DNA from: Bacteroidota bacterium
Lineage (GTDB): Bacteria; Bacteroidota; Bacteroidia; Chitinophagales; CAMDFR01
Length of the DNA: 64,000 nt
Direction: 5' to 3'
NCBI GenBank assembly: GCA_037130135.1
Contig: JBAXTO010000002.1
Location: 288,695 to 352,694 of the forward strand
The notes beneath the pieces were generated by a model, which was not told the DNA's origin, made no database searches, and saw nothing but the letters and a program-made list of their open reading frames with translations. Made by a program: the position numbers and the translations under genes. Below are positions 60,009 to 64,000 of the stretch, piece after piece (position 1 is the stretch's first letter; the number at the start of each line of letters is the position of its first letter).

Positions 60009-60750
60009 TTATATCAATCCAAAAATTATTAAAGCCTTCACCTACAATAATTTTGAGTAGTTTTTCTTGTACTAACTCTAATATTGATAAAAATTGATAA
60101 ATAGCATGAACTCTATTTTCGCACATATCAAATAAATTTTCAAAAGCCGCTTTTTCTTTATGAGTAGAAAAATATCCTATTATATATTCTTTACAATTTT
60201 GAATGGTGTATTTATAAGTTACAATCTGGTGTACTTGTTTGTTTTTTTCTCTTTCAAATCGTTCAGTTACTTTTTGAAATGTTTTCATCAACTTAAACAA
60301 ACTTAAACTTTGCAAATCGGTTTCTGTACTGAAATTTTCACCAATTTTTTTAAGTTCAGTAGGAATATTACCTCTTTTAATCATCAACCAACGTTCTTCC
60401 TCCATTTTACGAAGTGTATCTTGAACTTCTTTATAACGTTTATATTCTAAAAGTCTATTTACCAATTCCTCTCTAGGATCTATCTCTATACCAAGTTCAT
60501 TTACTTCTTTACGAGGCAATAACATTTTAGCTTTTATACGCATTAAAGTAGCTGCTACTAATATAAATTCACTAGCCAATTCAATATTCATATCTTCCAT
60601 CCCTTTGATATATTTCAAAAATTCATCTGTGATGGTAGAAATGGGAATATCATAAATATCTAATTCGTCTCTTTCTATAAAAAACAATAAAAGATCGAAT
60701 GGACCTTCGAAAACGGGAAGTTTAATTTTATATGTATCTGAAATATTCAT
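59989..60750 (-). CDS. scpA: segregation and condensation protein A
   Basis: FEGPFDLLLFFIERDELDIYDIPIS N-terminal kleisin signature. Confidence 0.85.
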   Translation of the reverse strand: MNISDTYKIKLPVFEGPFDLLLFFIERDELDIYDIPISTITDEFLKYIKGMEDMNIELASEFILVAATLMRIKAKMLLPRKEVNELGIEIDPREELVNRLLEYKRYKEVQDTLRKMEEERWLMIKRGNIPTELKKIGENFSTETDLQSLSLFKLMKTFQKVTERFEREKNKQVHQIVTYKYTIQNCKEYIIGYFSTHKEKAAFENLFDMCENRVHAIYQFLSILELVQEKLLKIIVGEGFNNFWIDISESPAE

Positions 60751-60803
60751 TGTAAATGTAAATTTACATAATAATTTAGATTATCAGCTTGAAAATAAGA
60801 GAT

Positions 60804-61445
60804 CTAATCAACTAGATTTTGTCTAGTTATACGAGCAGGAACACCTATAACTACTGCATTATCAGGAACATCTTTAGTAACTACAGCTCCGGCACCTACA
60901 ATAACATTTTGACCTATTTTAATATTGGGCAATATTTTAGCACCTGCACCAATATGCGAATATGCACCGATTTGGCAATTTCCAAGCAAAATTGCACCAG
61001 GAGAAATTTCTACAAAATCATGTATTTTACATCCATGTGTAAGGATGGCGTTGAAATATATTAAACAAGCTTTTCCTATTTCGACATGATTTGAAATGAC
61101 TGCACCAGCTAGTATATTACAACCTATACCAATAGTAGTATTTATTGTACTAATCATTGCTTGTTGACTAATGCTAGAACTACAACTTGCACCTGTAGCA
61201 ATAAACTTTTGATAGAGCATTTGTCGTTTGTGAGGACTACCTATACCTAATACAAACTCCTGTTCAGAGCTCTGAATTAAAGCACTTAAATCGGCTTCGT
61301 TTTGTATGATAGGATATTTTGAAAGTAGCTTTGGTTCTTCGTAGGTATTGATATCATCATAAAAAAACAAGGGAATATCCGACTGATTTTCTAATATGAT
61401 TTCAGCTACTTCTAATGCAAATCCTTTAGCACCTACTATGATCAT
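60804..61445 (-). CDS. NeuD/PglD-type hexapeptide-repeat sugar N/O-acetyltransferase
   Basis: N-terminal Rossmann-like IIVGAKGFA and a C-terminal left-handed beta-helix with hexapeptide repeats. Confidence 0.75.
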   Translation of the reverse strand: MIIVGAKGFALEVAEIILENQSDIPLFFYDDINTYEEPKLLSKYPIIQNEADLSALIQSSEQEFVLGIGSPHKRQMLYQKFIATGASCSSSISQQAMISTINTTIGIGCNILAGAVISNHVEIGKACLIYFNAILTHGCKIHDFVEISPGAILLGNCQIGAYSHIGAGAKILPNIKIGQNVIVGAGAVVTKDVPDNAVVIGVPARITRQNLVD

Positions 61446-62512
61446 TTGGAATTAATTATTTTACAAATCAATGCTAGATCTGCTTCTGCTAAACCTACAG
61501 ATAAAGGGATACACATGGTACGAGAAACAATATCATCAGAGTGTTTCATCGCAACATTTTTTATATAATTCAAAGTATTTAAAGCTGGAAAAAAATTTCT
61601 CCTTGGAAAAATATCAACGGCTTGTAATGCATTTTCTACTTCCAACAAATGCTTTTCACTTTGAAATATTAATGGATAATAAGTATAATTTTCAGTTGTG
61701 TCCTTTCTCCATTTGAATTGAGAAACTTTTGTAAAATCTAGGTGATGATTGTAATAATCTACTGCTTTTTTCCTTTCAGAAGTGATAAAATCCATATAAG
61801 GCAACATAGATATTCCAATCGCTGCTTGCAATTCTGTAATTTTACCATTTATACCTAAGCGATGAAAATCTAGATAGCCATTGTGGCCAAAATTATGGCT
61901 ATAATAAACTTGCTTAATAAAATCGGCATTGTTACAAAAGGCAGCACCTCCTTCACCTGTATGAAATATTTTCGTTGCATGAAAACTACAAGTACTAATA
62001 TCTCCATAATTAAAAATGGATTGATTCTTATAGTTTATTCCAAAACAATGTGCCGCGTCGTAAATTACCTTTAAATCGTGCTTTTTAGCTATCGCTTCAA
62101 TAGCTTCAATATTACAGGCATTACCATATAAGTGTGTTGCTAAAATGGCTGTAGTTTTTGAAGTAATACTATTCTCAATTAATCGTTCATCTATGGTAGC
62201 ATATTCAGGGTCAATATCTACAAATACGGGCGTACAATTTTCCCAAACAATAGTTGAAGTTGAAGCTACATAGCTGTATGGAGTAGTAATTACTTCCCCA
62301 TTATTAGCCATTAATTTCAATGCTATTTGCAATGGAATGGTACCATTGTTTGTTATTAAAATAGAAGAGACACCTAAATAAGATTTTAGTTTATCTTCTA
62401 GTTCTAATACTAATTCACCTCTATTAGTGATCCATTCATTTTTCCAAATTCTTTGTAGTTGAATTTGATATTCTTCTAAAGGAGGGAAAAAGGTCTTAGT
62501 GGCTAAAATCAT
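61442..62512 (-). CDS. DegT/DnrJ/EryC1/StrS family sugar aminotransferase
   Basis: PLP-lysine context SFHATK. Typical blocks (AILATHLYGN, IYDAAHCFG). Confidence 0.85.
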   Translation of the reverse strand: MILATKTFFPPLEEYQIQLQRIWKNEWITNRGELVLELEDKLKSYLGVSSILITNNGTIPLQIALKLMANNGEVITTPYSYVASTSTIVWENCTPVFVDIDPEYATIDERLIENSITSKTTAILATHLYGNACNIEAIEAIAKKHDLKVIYDAAHCFGINYKNQSIFNYGDISTCSFHATKIFHTGEGGAAFCNNADFIKQVYYSHNFGHNGYLDFHRLGINGKITELQAAIGISMLPYMDFITSERKKAVDYYNHHLDFTKVSQFKWRKDTTENYTYYPLIFQSEKHLLEVENALQAVDIFPRRNFFPALNTLNYIKNVAMKHSDDIVSRTMCIPLSVGLAEADLALICKIINSK

Positions 62513-62578
62513 TAGTTAATAGCTAATTAAATTTGAACGACAAAGCTAAGTATATTATTAATAATTTGTTAATTATAG

Positions 62579-63220
62579 CTACTTAATTATGTCAGAAGAT
62601 TTATTTAAATGAGGGAATGAATCATAACAAGGTTTTTTGTCTAGGAATACACAAAGATCTTGATAGGCTTGTGGATTAGAGACATCTAAAGCTAAAAAAT
62701 GAGCTTTATTTCTAAAAAAATGGAGTATGGAGTCATTATGTAATCTATATTGATCTATGAGCAGTTTTTTATTATATATATCATTTTCAGGAGTGTTCCA
62801 AACGGCTCTGTTTTCCTCCCACATAAAGCCCTGATACCTATATGTTGCTTGTTTAAGTTCTGTTGCTGTAGGTGGACTAATTCCGTCTGACGAAAACAAT
62901 TTAGTATGAAAAGTAATAATGGATTTATACCATTCTTCTTCATCACGTAGCGTTAAAATAAATTTGCTTTCAGGAAAATAATGGTGAAGTATTAACCATG
63001 TATAGGGCGAACTAAAGGGTACATCTTGAAAAGCTTCGGCTGTTTTACAGTAGTGTATGATTGGATTCCAGTTTGCTTTAGCATAATCTCGTAATAATAA
63101 TTCAGCTTGAGCTTGATCTCCTAATTTATAACCAAAATCTTGCAAGGCTTTGCCTATAGAAGTAGTTCCTGTTTTATTTCTACCGATACAAAATATTTTG
63201 GGTTTAGAAGTAAAAAACAT
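62579..63220 (-). CDS. sulfotransferase family protein
   Basis: N-terminal GRNKTGTTS resembles the 5'-phosphosulfate-binding loop; 213 aa. Adjacent to cysQ. Confidence 0.6.
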   Translation of the reverse strand: MFFTSKPKIFCIGRNKTGTTSIGKALQDFGYKLGDQAQAELLLRDYAKANWNPIIHYCKTAEAFQDVPFSSPYTWLILHHYFPESKFILTLRDEEEWYKSIITFHTKLFSSDGISPPTATELKQATYRYQGFMWEENRAVWNTPENDIYNKKLLIDQYRLHNDSILHFFRNKAHFLALDVSNPQAYQDLCVFLDKKPCYDSFPHLNKSSDIIK

Positions 63221-63287
63221 AGTACAATATTAATTAAATATACGTATACAATAGAATAATATATTGCATCCAATCTAATATGCTATA

Positions 63288-64000
63288 TTAATAAACAATA
63301 AAGCCTGGGTTTAATAAATTTTCTTTGTTATAGACCAATTCTATTTCCGTATTTTCTTGTAATACTTGATAATTCAAAAAATTTAAGATGGCATGAGCGG
63401 CGGCTGTATCCCATTCCATTGTAGGAGCATATCTTGGGTACAAATCAGCATTAGCTTCTGCAAGTATCATAAACTTTAAAGAACTTCCCATACTCACTAA
63501 AACTGGATCTGTTAAAGATTGAACCAATGAAGTAGTTTTATCATCCATATGAGAACGAGAAGCAACTACCCGAAGACCGCTTTTTTTAAAATCTAGTGCT
63601 GATAATTTTACAGGTAAAACTATTGTATTGTTTTTCTCTCGTAAAAGCACTTGATTTTGTTCGTCCACATAATATAGTTTATCTAAAGCAGGAGCATATA
63701 CCACCCCCCAAATAGGTTTATTATTATGAATAAGTGCTATATTAACGGTAAACTCTCCATTTTTTTTAATAAATTCTTTCGTGCCATCAAGGGGATCTAC
63801 CAACCAAAACAAATCCCATTTTTTTCGTTCTTGGTAATCAATATTTTTACCTTCTTCACTTAATATAGGAATTCCTAAAGAGCTTAGCGCTTTCACTATG
63901 ATTTTATGAGATGCTTGATCAGCAATTGTTAGAGGTGATTGATCAGATTTTGTTTGTACTTCAATTGGACCCTCATTATATATATTCATTATTGCATGAC
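63288..64000 (-). CDS. cysQ: 3'(2'),5'-bisphosphate nucleotidase; N-terminus runs off the right edge
   Basis: WLVDPLDGTKEF inositol-monophosphatase-family motif and KSDQSPLTIAD. The frame remains open upstream of the ATG at 63989 to the end of the window. Confidence 0.8.
   Translation of the reverse strand, partial: HAIMNIYNEGPIEVQTKSDQSPLTIADQASHKIIVKALSSLGIPILSEEGKNIDYQERKKWDLFWLVDPLDGTKEFIKKNGEFTVNIALIHNNKPIWGVVYAPALDKLYYVDEQNQVLLREKNNTIVLPVKLSALDFKKSGLRVVASRSHMDDKTTSLVQSLTDPVLVSMGSSLKFMILAEANADLYPRYAPTMEWDTAAAHAILNFLNYQVLQENTEIELVYNKENLLNPGFIVY

Noticed and set aside
60756-60769. Perfect 14-nt palindrome ATGTAAATTTACAT just upstream of the scpA start.
   Set aside because: It is almost entirely A/T in AT-rich intergenic DNA, so the stem would be very weak and such palindromes arise readily by chance. 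It is not followed by a U-run in either direction.
1-64000. Scan for CRISPR arrays, IS elements, integrases, phage genes, tRNA/rRNA genes and recoding (alternative genetic code).
   Set aside because: No regularly spaced direct repeats occur outside the adhesin coding repeats. No transposase- or integrase-like ORFs are present. The intergenic gaps are all under about 220 nt. Long uninterrupted ORFs under the standard code argue against stop-codon reassignment.

Overview
AT-rich (roughly one-third G+C by eye) chromosomal segment from a Bacteroidota bacterium. The phylum call rests on type A and type B T9SS C-terminal sorting domains, a PorP/SprF gene, a TonB-dependent receptor paired with DUF4249, DUF4476 proteins and TAnnTTTG-type -7 boxes. 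About 55 tightly packed protein genes fill the window, with many 1-11 nt overlaps. I found no rRNA, tRNA, CRISPR array, transposase, integrase or phage genes, and no intergenic gap is large enough to hide one.

Housekeeping genes recognised: M42 peptidase, polyprenyl synthase, asd, fumC, acyl-CoA dehydrogenase, tadA, rsgA, thiL, NifU-like, aspS, msrA, recR and scpA. An RND efflux operon is also present.

Accessory content of interest:
1. A seven-gene operon at 33231-39463 (ArnC-like GT2, two KAS III, ACP, stand-alone Rieske oxygenase, SDR, WecD-like GNAT). It looks like an uncharacterised pathway for an oxygenated N-acyl amino-sugar or glycolipid carried on polyprenyl phosphate.
2. A translationally coupled pair of MbnP-like lipoprotein and MbnH/MauG-like di-haem peroxidase, with no methanobactin genes nearby.
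3. A T9SS-secreted protein that fuses a proprotein-convertase P-domain to a lysyl-oxidase-like catalytic domain with its copper and cofactor residues intact.
4. A 2044-aa type B CTD adhesin with 13 tandem Ig-like units and a 690-bp higher-order duplication.
5. A three-gene envelope module with Cys-rich motifs at 54865-56673.
6. A sulfotransferase/CysQ/aminotransferase/acetyltransferase glycan-tailoring block at the right edge.

All functional calls come from reading the translated ORFs and recalling family motifs. No database search was run.
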